Positions 7,301-16,873 of a stretch of DNA of 64,000 bases are shown here, in pieces. The stretch comes from Escherichia phage vB_EcoM_VR25: the sequence record NC_028925.1; one strand, 5' to 3'. The position numbers were made by a program, and so were the translations under genes. A model generated the notes under the pieces. That model ran no database searches. It saw nothing but the letters and a program-made list of their open reading frames with translations, and was not told the DNA's origin. How positions within the stretch are numbered: position 1 is the first letter of the stretch; each line of letters starts with the position of its first letter.

Positions 7301-7308
7301 AAGAAACC

Positions 7309-7641
7309 TTATTTATACAGTTTAGCTAGTTCTTTACGTCCGCGAGCAGACATAATGAATTGTTCATCACCAATTTTGAAATAAGCCATACCGCCGTCAA
7401 CAGCGATGCCAATTTCTTTAGTACCTTCTTTGCCTTTCCACTTGCCACCAGATTTCAGGACAGCTTCAACTGCAGCTTTGGAATATTTGGACGTTTGAAA
7501 ACGTTCATTACCAATCTGAAAGAAAACACCATCTGCATTTTTGGATAAACCAAATTTCAGAGAGCCTTCACTATCATCAATTGATTTGGTTTCATTGATG
7601 GCGGATTCGGCTAAAAACTCGTTATAAGTCTTGATGTTCAT
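7309..7641 (-). CDS. internal-protein-like small protein with targeting-like N-terminus (MNIKTYNEFLAE)
   Basis: ORF track 7309..7674 trimmed to ATG at 7639-7641 with GGAG RBS. Confidence 0.5.
   Translation of the reverse strand: MNIKTYNEFLAESAINETKSIDDSEGSLKFGLSKNADGVFFQIGNERFQTSKYSKAAVEAVLKSGGKWKGKEGTKEIGIAVDGGMAYFKIGDEQFIMSARGRKELAKLYK
7310..7317 (-). promoter_or_regulatory. T4-type late promoter core TATAAATA
   Basis: exact octamer on the minus strand upstream of the gene starting at 7300. Confidence 0.4.
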
Positions 7642-7659
7642 TTTAACTCCGTTTGTTCG

Positions 7660-7701
7660 TGGGTGTAGGAACATAATACTGTGCCTACACTCATTTGTAC
7701 A

Positions 7702-7702
<1 letters not shown>
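7660..7702 (-). promoter_or_regulatory. early promoter (-35 TGTACA, -10 TATTAT) with -10 inside TGTAGG/CCTACA inverted repeat
   Basis: minus-strand reading of 7664-7702. Confidence 0.4.
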
Positions 7703-8386
<684 letters not shown>

Positions 8387-8387
<1 letters not shown>

Positions 8388-9064
8388 TATATTACCTTAT
8401 TAATTTTATCAAAAAGTTCTTCGAGTGTGCCATCGTTTTTAATAACAATGTCACTAGCTAGTGGTGGAAGTCCAGCTTCCGTAATGTGTGTATCAGTAGA
8501 ATGATTTGCTTCATCGCGTTCTACAAAGATTATTGTAGCACCCATCGCCCGAAGCGAATCAAGTTCGTTCTTTTGGCGAACATCTGGGACAACGTAATAT
8601 TTATATCCAGAATAGAGGTTGTCAAGATAATCGCATGCAAAAGTTTTAATCCAAAACATGCTGTCGAACTCTGTACAAACGATGTCAGTTCCAAGGGTCT
8701 GCATGAAACGTCTAACTGTCCAGGGCTCAACATTATTTAGTGTGTGAAATTCAATGATTTTACGAACCATATCTGGATTCGGAAGGTCAAGATTATATTG
8801 CTGTTTCAACCATTCAAGAGCGTCAACCAGAAGAATATGAGCTTCAGTGTTGTTCATTATCAAGGTTTTTTCACGGTCATAACCTTGTCCATCAAAATTT
8901 TCCAGGGTCAAATTGTGTGGCAGGTCTTGACGAACCCACGCTTTATAAAGCGCTTCTTTAATTGGACCAGCAAGTTGCCACTTTGTTCCGTTTTGACTAA
9001 TAACATAATCAGCAGTCGTATCTTTACCACTGCGTTTTTTACCCACAATCGCAATTAATTTCAT
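8387..9064 (-). CDS. 1: deoxynucleoside monophosphate kinase (gene 1)
   Basis: ORF track 225 aa; P-loop GKKRSGKDT near the N-terminus; conserved position. Confidence 0.8.
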
Positions 9065-9660
9065 ACGTTTCTCATAGATGGATGCATTGACTTAGACCTG
9101 ATTTCCTGTTGCATTGCTGCATTACTATCAATCTGTGGTCTACCTTCTATTATTATACCATCAATTTCTACAGCAAAAGACTTAAAGTTAAAAGTTGCTG
9201 TTGCATTGATAGCAGGGTCAGAATCTTCTTTATATGAATACTGAATCTCTGACAGGTCGGACGGCCATGCTCCATAGTAATGGATTGACATGACAATTTT
9301 GTCCTTGTTATTATCTAAGATATGAAGCGTGACCGCTTCGGGACGACCCTTTGGATGCCATGCTTTTGATTCGTGTGTGATGTAATTGTTAAGCGAGAGC
9401 ATCCATTTATAGATATCAAGCCATGCCCTTAGGTCTTTGTCACACAGAAAGTTAACAATCAGCGGGTCGAATTCTATTGTACTACCAGGAAGACTGGAGC
9501 GATTTATACCTTGCGTTCCGCCGGGGACATCTGTAACAGGGATGTGAACCCCTGGGAGGGTAACGTCTTGAACGTTGAGTTTAAAAGTCTGTGTGAGGTT
9601 TGAATCGCTTACCTCTAATATAAAGTTAGTCGTGTTAGTTTGATTATATAAACCTGACAT
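9061..9660 (-). CDS. 3: gp3 tail completion / sheath stabiliser
   Basis: ORF track 199 aa; position between genes 1 and 2 as in T4; sequence identity not independently recalled. Confidence 0.6.
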   Translation of the reverse strand: MSGLYNQTNTTNFILEVSDSNLTQTFKLNVQDVTLPGVHIPVTDVPGGTQGINRSSLPGSTIEFDPLIVNFLCDKDLRAWLDIYKWMLSLNNYITHESKAWHPKGRPEAVTLHILDNNKDKIVMSIHYYGAWPSDLSEIQYSYKEDSDPAINATATFNFKSFAVEIDGIIIEGRPQIDSNAAMQQEIRSKSMHPSMRNV

Positions 9661-9672
9661 AGTGCACCTTGT

Positions 9673-9710
9673 TTGCTTTAAACCAATCAGTGTTATAATG
9701 GTTCTAGACC
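9673..9710 (+). promoter_or_regulatory. middle-promoter-like element (TTGCTTTA, 13 bp, TATAAT, GGTTCTAGACC) oriented antisense to the HNH gene
   Basis: plus-strand reading; same TATAATGGTTCTAGACC core as the minus-oriented copies at 44704 and 52228. Confidence 0.35.
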
Positions 9711-9745
9711 TTTTGTCCTTACCAATAACACTGACCGATAATAGA

Positions 9746-10420
9746 TTATTTTATTAATGTGTTAAGTCTTAGCTTAGTCATAAACGGATAACGTTCCAAC
9801 ATTGGCTTTACCCAGTATCGAGGATGCAATTCCTTTTTATATGCTAGGACCAACTCTCGAGCTTGCTCGACGGTATCAACTCCGAAGTTTTTACACATTT
9901 CTTGCCTATCTTTTTCCCACCGGCGCTTTCTCAATTCATCCTGAATCTCTTTATTTTTAAAATGTCCATTATTGCGAGAATGTTTTGTGCCCTTGGTTGG
10001 ACTGTAATGTCTTCCTTTGACAAACCCATCCGGAACATCTTCCCATGGAAATAGTTTTATCGATTTGACACCATTAGTAAAGTAAACTTTACCGGTTTGA
10101 CTTTTAGAAATATTGTCAGCGTGTCTACGTCTTAACCAGCCAAATAATTTATTATTACGTTTCAAATACTTGCTTGACTGACTCATAGATGTGGCGGCAA
10201 AACTTAAACCTGGATTTGTAGGATATATTTTAACCAATAGTTGATGGGCTACATAATGTTCCTCGGGAGTCAAATCGACTAGGTTATCAGGAGCATTTGA
10301 ACCACCCATACATTTCGGAATGATGTGATGAGATTCTTTATATGAAATCAGGACCCTGTTACGGGCCCTTTCAATTAACGATGAATATATAAACTGATAA
10401 TTCAAAGTGAATTTCTCCAT
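9746..10420 (-). CDS. free-standing HNH homing endonuclease
   Basis: ORF track 224 aa; HNH motif [29 protein letters not shown]; basic C-terminal half; inserted between genes 3 and 2, which are adjacent in T4. Confidence 0.75.
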   Translation of the reverse strand: MEKFTLNYQFIYSSLIERARNRVLISYKESHHIIPKCMGGSNAPDNLVDLTPEEHYVAHQLLVKIYPTNPGLSFAATSMSQSSKYLKRNNKLFGWLRRRHADNISKSQTGKVYFTNGVKSIKLFPWEDVPDGFVKGRHYSPTKGTKHSRNNGHFKNKEIQDELRKRRWEKDRQEMCKNFGVDTVEQARELVLAYKKELHPRYWVKPMLERYPFMTKLRLNTLIK

Positions 10421-11238
10421 ACTTTCTGTGAAGAAAATCTTTTGCCTTTTGAAAAAAACTGCTGAAGGGGAAGTAATACCACATTTGCCCAGTCGCTGGG
10501 CTTGATTTCAGTGATAGTACCTTTTATATTACCAGGTATATATGCTTTAATCATCTGGTCAGCCCCTTTAAATCCCTTCACCTTTGACCAATCAATCTTC
10601 AGATGAGTCTTGTTCGTAATCGTAGGAGTATTAGCATATTGCTTAAGAAGTTCCTCAAGGAACTCTTGACGCGCCTTCGGTGGAATATAGTGCAAGTTCA
10701 AACCATACATCAAATTGTGTTTGCCTAACCCAAGATAAATGATTAACGGATATTTGTCCCAGTATGGAAGAGTATCCTTATGCTTTGCATCATAGATATA
10801 AGCATAAATCTTACCTGGTTGAGGTTTAGCCGTTACGTGTCCTCTGACAGCTTTCTTAATTGTCTCTGCGAACCATCTGGCAGATTTGGTGTTGCTTGCA
10901 GCGCCTTCGTTAGCAATCTTATCTCTTATACTCTTTCTAAAGCTATTCACCATTATCAGTTGGCGTTCAGTCTTCGTAAGTTTACCAGCAGGTTTCTTTT
11001 TGAGTTTGGATACTTTATAAGCAGTCTGAATTCTCGAATGATATCTTGACATGCTTTTGGTAAAGGTTGAATAGTTGATTCCTTTCTCTTCAGCAAACTT
11101 TTTCGAGGTCATTCCCTTTTCTTTTGCTGTATAAAATTCAACCCCTATCTCAACCCATTGTTGTTCGGATTTACTGGGTTTTGGACCTGGTTTATCTGCA
11201 GATTCATTGATAAATGTAAAAATACTCATCCTTTCCAT
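10402..11238 (-). CDS. 2: gp2 DNA end-protector protein
   Basis: ORF track 278 aa (T4 gp2 about 274 aa); conserved position. Confidence 0.7.
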   Translation of the reverse strand: MERMSIFTFINESADKPGPKPSKSEQQWVEIGVEFYTAKEKGMTSKKFAEEKGINYSTFTKSMSRYHSRIQTAYKVSKLKKKPAGKLTKTERQLIMVNSFRKSIRDKIANEGAASNTKSARWFAETIKKAVRGHVTAKPQPGKIYAYIYDAKHKDTLPYWDKYPLIIYLGLGKHNLMYGLNLHYIPPKARQEFLEELLKQYANTPTITNKTHLKIDWSKVKGFKGADQMIKAYIPGNIKGTITEIKPSDWANVVLLPLQQFFSKGKRFSSQKVWRNSL

Positions 11239-11675
11239 CCTAATTTTTTCAGTGAGTTTTCAGTGATTATCCTGAACGTTATACCCATTTTATCTGCCGT
11301 AGATTGTGCAGCTTTCCATTTGTCCGAGTTAACAGCCCAGGTATACATCTCGTTAATAAATCTCTTTTTGCTCGCAGCGGTATTATTAACAGGTTTGGTT
11401 GGTGGTCTTGTTTCTTTTAATGGCTTAACTTCGAAAAAGAACTGTTGTCCTGTATCAAACTTAACCCAGAAATCCATATAATACCTGCGCTTTTTACCAT
11501 CGGCATTGCTAAAGTAAGGGATGATAACAGTCTCAGAACCCCATTGAACAACGTTCGGATGGTTGTCGAGCCATCTCATAAGCCATGCCTCCCAGCTTGA
11601 CCTGTATTGTATTTTCTTCCAGTCGCCCTTATATTTTTCTATATTAGTGGGCTTAAATTTCCCGGAGTATGCCAT
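11226..11675 (-). CDS. 4: gp4 head completion protein
   Basis: ORF track 149 aa; MAYSGKF... resembles T4 gp4 (about 150 aa). Confidence 0.8.
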   Translation of the reverse strand: MAYSGKFKPTNIEKYKGDWKKIQYRSSWEAWLMRWLDNHPNVVQWGSETVIIPYFSNADGKKRRYYMDFWVKFDTGQQFFFEVKPLKETRPPTKPVNNTAASKKRFINEMYTWAVNSDKWKAAQSTADKMGITFRIITENSLKKLGWKG

Positions 11676-11723
11676 ATAGCCTCCTAATAAATATTGATAT
11701 ACTTATTTATAAATGGAGGCTTT

Positions 11724-12326
11724 ATGCTTTTTTCATTTTTTAACCCAATTGATTATGATGCTAAAACAATCAGAAAAAACCCTGCATCATTGACGAAAGA
11801 AGATGTCTTAAGCATTCCAATGACAGACATCTTCAGAAATTATCGTGCTTACTTTGATAAGGTCGCGGTCAATTATACACCAAAAACCTATTACATCGCC
11901 GGAGCTCCGAGACCTGAAGAATTATCATATCAGCTTTACGGTAACACGCAGCTATATTGGGTTCTCCTTATGCTCAATGATATCTATGACCCTTATTATG
12001 GTTGGCTTTGTACCCAAGAAGCATCGTATCAAGCATCAATTCAGAAATATTCGAATGTCGGGGGTAATCAGGTCCTTTATCATGTGAATGAAGATGGTGA
12101 AAAGTTCTGGAACCTTGTTTCTTATCCTGATAATCCATACACATGGTACGATAAAGGTGACAAGAACAAATTATATCCACAATACGAAGGTCCATTAGCT
12201 GCAGTGGATATCTATGAAGATGCTATCCGTAAAAATGAATACAAACGCGAAATAAAAATAATCGACCCGGAAGATATTGAGTCATTTATTTCCGCACTTA
12301 TCCGTGAAATGGAGAAGGCGCTATGA
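11724..12326 (+). CDS. 53: gp53 baseplate wedge protein
   Basis: ORF track 11694..12326 trimmed to ATG at 11724 preceded by GGAGG; divergent from gene 4 as in T4. Confidence 0.8.
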   Translation: MLFSFFNPIDYDAKTIRKNPASLTKEDVLSIPMTDIFRNYRAYFDKVAVNYTPKTYYIAGAPRPEELSYQLYGNTQLYWVLLMLNDIYDPYYGWLCTQEASYQASIQKYSNVGGNQVLYHVNEDGEKFWNLVSYPDNPYTWYDKGDKNKLYPQYEGPLAAVDIYEDAIRKNEYKREIKIIDPEDIESFISALIREMEKAL

Positions 12327-14053
12327 TTAATATGTCAGATAGTGTAAGTTGGTTCGTCGGTGTAGTTGAAGACCGAATGGACCCGCTTCAGCAAGGCCGT
12401 GTGCGCGTTCGCGTGTGGGGTATGCATCCATATGAGAAAGCACAAGGTCCTGTGAAAGGTATCAGAACCGAAGACCTCCCTTGGATGTCTGTATTGATGC
12501 CAACATCATCTGCGTCGGTTTCTGGAATTCAAACCGCAATGACTGGTATGGTACCAGGGACTCAGGTATATGGTCACTTTTTGGACAAGTGGAAGCTCAA
12601 CGGTCTTGTCATTGGTACATATGGTTCAGCCTCAAGACAAAAAGCAAATCCTAACGAAGGCTTCTCTGACCCCACGGGACAATATCCACTTTATGTCGGT
12701 AATGATGCTGCAGCGCTTAACCGTGGGGGTGAAGTTGGTTATGATGCTACTTCGAACGTAATCCAGGATGCAAACCTTGACCTTGGTATTAACCCTGATG
12801 GCCTTGATTTAAGCCAGGTTAAGCCAGATGATAATCCCAATTTCACAATTGAAAATATGCTTCACCGCGATGAAGGTCTTCGTTTGAAAGTATATTGGGA
12901 CTCCGAAGGATATCCGACTGTCGGGATTGGTCACCTTATTACCCCGCAAAAAATTCGTAATATGGAACAAATCAACTTGATATTATCAAAGCAAGTTGAC
13001 CGTGAAGTTAAAGGAAACCCAGGCACAATATCCATGGATGAAGCTTCGAAGTTATTCCAGGAAGACCTTAAGAAAGTACAAAAAGATATTGGCAGTACAA
13101 ATGCGCTTTTATCCCAGGTTTATAACCAAGAAAACAGGTCAAGACAAATGGCCCTGGAAAACATGGCATTCCAAATGGGTGTAGGTGGACTGGCTAAGTT
13201 TCGTAGCATGCTAGGCAATATGCTTGTTAAAGATTATAAAGCCGCTTTCGATAACGCAAGGGATTCGGTTTGGTTCCAACAGACAAAAGGCCGGGCATCA
13301 AGGGTATCGATGATTATCTTGACTGGCAACATGGAGTCATATGGCATCATGGCTCCAAAAGAAGGTGGACGTGCTCGCATGACTACTTTTGCCGAACCAA
13401 GAGAAGCCGACCCGGCTGACCCGTGGACTCCAGAAGATACAAGGATTCTGTTTAAAGAACCAGAATCAAGTTACAAAGGCGAATATCCTTACATACAGAC
13501 AATGCAAACCGAAGGCGGTCACATTCAGGAATTCGATAACACTCCTGGACAAGAACGTTATCGACTGATTCACCCGACTGGCTCCTATGAGGAAGTTGCT
13601 CCGGATGGTCGTAAGACTTCAAAGACAGTAGCCGATGGTTATTATATGACCCAGGGCGATTCGAGCACTTATGTTGGCGGTAATAATAAAGTCAACGTCG
13701 GCGGCGATGAAACCTATTACAATATGGCTAACGTTCGCAGACAAACCGATGGAAACGAAAGCATTCATATCAGAGGGAATGAAACCAAAACTATCGAAGG
13801 TGACGGTACAATTATTGTCAAAGGTAATGTAAGTATTCTGGTCGAAGGTAATGCTGAAATAACTGTTAAAGGTGATGCAAAAACTCTTGTCGAAGGTAAC
13901 CATGATTATACAGTAAATGGTAATGTCAAATGGTCCGTTAATGGAAACGTTGATATGACTGTAGCTGGCAACTGGTCCGAGACTATGGCTTCAATGAGTT
14001 CTATTGCATCCGGACAATATACTATTGATGGTTCGAGGATTGACATTGGCTAA
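12323..14053 (+). CDS. 5: gp5 baseplate hub / cell-puncturing protein with lysozyme domain
   Basis: ORF track 576 aa; WFVGVVED...GRVRVRV N-terminus, lysozyme-like DEGLRLKVYWDSEGYPTVGIGHL, C-terminal VxGxxxxx beta-helix repeats. Confidence 0.9.
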   Translation: MINMSDSVSWFVGVVEDRMDPLQQGRVRVRVWGMHPYEKAQGPVKGIRTEDLPWMSVLMPTSSASVSGIQTAMTGMVPGTQVYGHFLDKWKLNGLVIGTYGSASRQKANPNEGFSDPTGQYPLYVGNDAAALNRGGEVGYDATSNVIQDANLDLGINPDGLDLSQVKPDDNPNFTIENMLHRDEGLRLKVYWDSEGYPTVGIGHLITPQKIRNMEQINLILSKQVDREVKGNPGTISMDEASKLFQEDLKKVQKDIGSTNALLSQVYNQENRSRQMALENMAFQMGVGGLAKFRSMLGNMLVKDYKAAFDNARDSVWFQQTKGRASRVSMIILTGNMESYGIMAPKEGGRARMTTFAEPREADPADPWTPEDTRILFKEPESSYKGEYPYIQTMQTEGGHIQEFDNTPGQERYRLIHPTGSYEEVAPDGRKTSKTVADGYYMTQGDSSTYVGGNNKVNVGGDETYYNMANVRRQTDGNESIHIRGNETKTIEGDGTIIVKGNVSILVEGNAEITVKGDAKTLVEGNHDYTVNGNVKWSVNGNVDMTVAGNWSETMASMSSIASGQYTIDGSRIDIG

Positions 14054-14063
14054 TATCCTACCA

Positions 14064-14585
14064 ATGAGCGCTGATTTAGGAGACTCCATGGAAGGAGCCT
14101 CAATCGATGTTACGTTTACAGCTCAATTAGAAACAAACGAAACATTAGTCGAAATAAATATAACTGAATATGAGGCCACCCCTGGCGTTAATGTTGAGGG
14201 CAATCATCTTTATGGTGTTTATGAATCCGTGTTCGGATTTGCAGATGATGCGCTTAAATATCGGCTTAACGATGAATTTAAAACTGCTGGTTCATGGGAA
14301 GACCTTCCTGCGGATAAGAGTACTCAATTGTATCTCTGGAGGGCCCCAGCGAGCCTCCAGAAGGTCTTTTCATACACAGTAACCCTAACCTATGACTTTC
14401 AAGAAGAGAGCTCTGGTGGAGACACAGGGAACTCTGGTGGCAGTAATAGTCGTGCAGGTAATGAGACTAACCCACCGCCAGCTCCAGTAAGGAAGACAAT
14501 GACAAAAGTTTACACAAAAACTATCGTCGGTAACTGGAGCCGGTGGGCAGATAAATTGCGTTCATACGTATACGCGAGGGATTAA
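14064..14585 (+). CDS. 5.1: gp5.1-like hypothetical protein
   Basis: ORF track 14004..14585 trimmed to the first ATG after the gene 5 stop; position between 5 and 5.4. Confidence 0.5.
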   Translation: MSADLGDSMEGASIDVTFTAQLETNETLVEINITEYEATPGVNVEGNHLYGVYESVFGFADDALKYRLNDEFKTAGSWEDLPADKSTQLYLWRAPASLQKVFSYTVTLTYDFQEESSGGDTGNSGGSNSRAGNETNPPPAPVRKTMTKVYTKTIVGNWSRWADKLRSYVYARD

Positions 14586-14878
14586 TGGCTGGATTAAGTT
14601 TTAATCAATGTGTTACAGCAGGTCACGAAGCATGGCCGCCGACTGTAATCAATGCAACTCAAGGTAAAGTATTCACCGGGGGAATTCCTGTGTTAGTTGC
14701 CGGGGACCCTATTACCGAGCATACCGAAATTAAAAAACCATATGAAACCCACGGTGGAGTAACACAACCAAGAACTCCGAAGGTATTTGTTACCGGTAAG
14801 AAAGCTGTTCAAATGGCGGACCCGATTTCATGTGGTGATACTGTGGCTCAAGCCTCATCAAAAGTCTTTATAAAATAG
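14585..14878 (+). CDS. 5.4: gp5.4 PAAR-like spike-tip protein
   Basis: ORF track 97 aa, same length as T4 gp5.4; position after 5.1. Confidence 0.7.
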   Translation: MAGLSFNQCVTAGHEAWPPTVINATQGKVFTGGIPVLVAGDPITEHTEIKKPYETHGGVTQPRTPKVFVTGKKAVQMADPISCGDTVAQASSKVFIK

Positions 14879-14886
14879 GAAATAAA

Positions 14887-16845
14887 ATGGCTACTCCTAC
14901 GAATTACCAATTAACAAGAACCGTTAACGCTATCCCAAAAGTATTTGTGGGAGCTACGTTTGAAGAAATTAAAAAGAACATCATCGACTGGTTATCAAGC
15001 CAGGATGAATTTAAGGATTATGATTTCGTAGGTTCGCGAATGAACATCCTGATTGATATGCTTGCATATAATACATTGTATATGCAGCAGTTTGCTAATA
15101 CAGCGGTTTATGAAACATTCATCGGAACTGCAAACTTAAGGTCTTCGGTTGTTCAGGCTGCACAGGATAATGGTTATCTACCATCTTCACGTTCGGCTGC
15201 AAAGACTTCGGTTATGTTGACATGTTCTCACGCTCTGCAACCATCGAATATTGAAATTCCGCGCGGGACTAAGTTCCTGGCTTATGCTCGTGATACATCA
15301 GCTGACCCTTATATGTTTGTCACAACGGATAATGTAATCGCGGTAAAAGACATTAACAACCAATATCTGCCGATTGTATCCCTTGCACAAGGTCGTATTA
15401 TTCGTACTGAACTTTTGTATGACCCGAAACAACCTATTCTTATTCGTGACCCGGATATTGACCGAAAAGAAGTTAAGCTTTTCGTGAACGGTATCGAGTG
15501 GACAGACTGGACAAACAAATCAATGGTTCATGCTGGCTCAACGTCCACTATTTTCTATATGCGCGAAACTGTTGATGGTAATACCGAATTCTTCTTTGGT
15601 GAAGGTGAAGCATCGAAATCTGTTGCCGGGGGTGTCATGGAAGCCAACTATATTGGTGGTCTGAAACCTGTACAAGACTCGACCATTGTTATCGAATATC
15701 TTCGCACTTCAGGAGCCGATGCAAACGGCGCAGTTGATTTCAGCTATGCAGACTCCTTGACTTATATCACAGTTGACAAGATTACAGAAAACTACAATAA
15801 TGACCCAGATTATGTTGGTGCTGATGGTGGCGGTGACCCGGAAGATATTGAACGAATTCGTGAACTGGCTGTAGTTAAACGTGAAGCGCAAATGCGTGCA
15901 GTCACCGGGACCGATTATGATACCTTCGTATCAGAAAGATTCGGCTCAATCGTGCAAGCCGTACAGACGTTTACGGACGCGAATAAGCCTGGGTATGCGT
16001 TTATATCAGTTAAACCTAAATCGGGCTTGTATCTCACCGCAGTGCAGCGTGAGGACATCAAAAACTACCTTAGTGAGTTCAACGTATCGACAATTACACC
16101 ATCGGTAATTTCTCCCGATTATTTGTTCCTTAAACACAATATCAAAGTGTCTTATGCGCTGAATAAATTACAGGAATCTGAACAGTGGTTACAAGCACAA
16201 ATCATTAACCAGATTGACCGTTATTATATTGATGAAGTTGAATTGTTTAACCACAGCTTTGCCAAATCGAAAATGCTCACTTATGTGGATAATACTGACC
16301 ATAGTATTTTGGGTTCGTCTGCAACAGTGACAATGGTTCGTGAAGTCTTGAACTTCTTTAAGACTCCGGAATCCGGCATTAAATATTATAATCAATATAC
16401 TAATAGGTCTGTGGAATCAAGCGAATTCGAATTTGTTCCAACTAACCAAAGTGATACCGTTACCTCCTATAATGTTCGTATTGTAGCGACTGACCGTAAC
16501 TCATCTGGTGATGGTAAAATGGTCATTGGCCCATTCCGTGTGGGTGATGTGCAGCTTAATGCGAATATTCAACCTTATACAGGTACTGACTTTAATAAGA
16601 TGGCTGCTCCGGCTGACCAGACTCAATACTTTGTAATCGGCGAAATCGATTATTGGTCTGATTATATTTTCTGGGACATTGCTGCAATTGGTTTATCTTC
16701 TGAACGTTTTGAAGTGCAATCAATCGAATTGTATGCAGGCCCCGACCAGGACAACATCTATACAAAAGACGGTTCGCTTATCGTATTCGAAAATGACCTT
16801 CGTCCACAGTATACGACTATTAATTTAGAACCAATTACATTATAA
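14887..16845 (+). CDS. 6: gp6 baseplate wedge protein
   Basis: ORF track 652 aa; conserved order. Confidence 0.85.
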   Translation: MATPTNYQLTRTVNAIPKVFVGATFEEIKKNIIDWLSSQDEFKDYDFVGSRMNILIDMLAYNTLYMQQFANTAVYETFIGTANLRSSVVQAAQDNGYLPSSRSAAKTSVMLTCSHALQPSNIEIPRGTKFLAYARDTSADPYMFVTTDNVIAVKDINNQYLPIVSLAQGRIIRTELLYDPKQPILIRDPDIDRKEVKLFVNGIEWTDWTNKSMVHAGSTSTIFYMRETVDGNTEFFFGEGEASKSVAGGVMEANYIGGLKPVQDSTIVIEYLRTSGADANGAVDFSYADSLTYITVDKITENYNNDPDYVGADGGGDPEDIERIRELAVVKREAQMRAVTGTDYDTFVSERFGSIVQAVQTFTDANKPGYAFISVKPKSGLYLTAVQREDIKNYLSEFNVSTITPSVISPDYLFLKHNIKVSYALNKLQESEQWLQAQIINQIDRYYIDEVELFNHSFAKSKMLTYVDNTDHSILGSSATVTMVREVLNFFKTPESGIKYYNQYTNRSVESSEFEFVPTNQSDTVTSYNVRIVATDRNSSGDGKMVIGPFRVGDVQLNANIQPYTGTDFNKMAAPADQTQYFVIGEIDYWSDYIFWDIAAIGLSSERFEVQSIELYAGPDQDNIYTKDGSLIVFENDLRPQYTTINLEPITL

Positions 16846-16873
16846 GCCTCTCCGGAGGCTTTAAGGAATCTTA

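Noticed and set aside
11226-11724. Integrase, att site or prophage boundary
   Set aside because: Nothing resembling a recombinase; the whole window is lytic T4-like phage content with conserved gene order.
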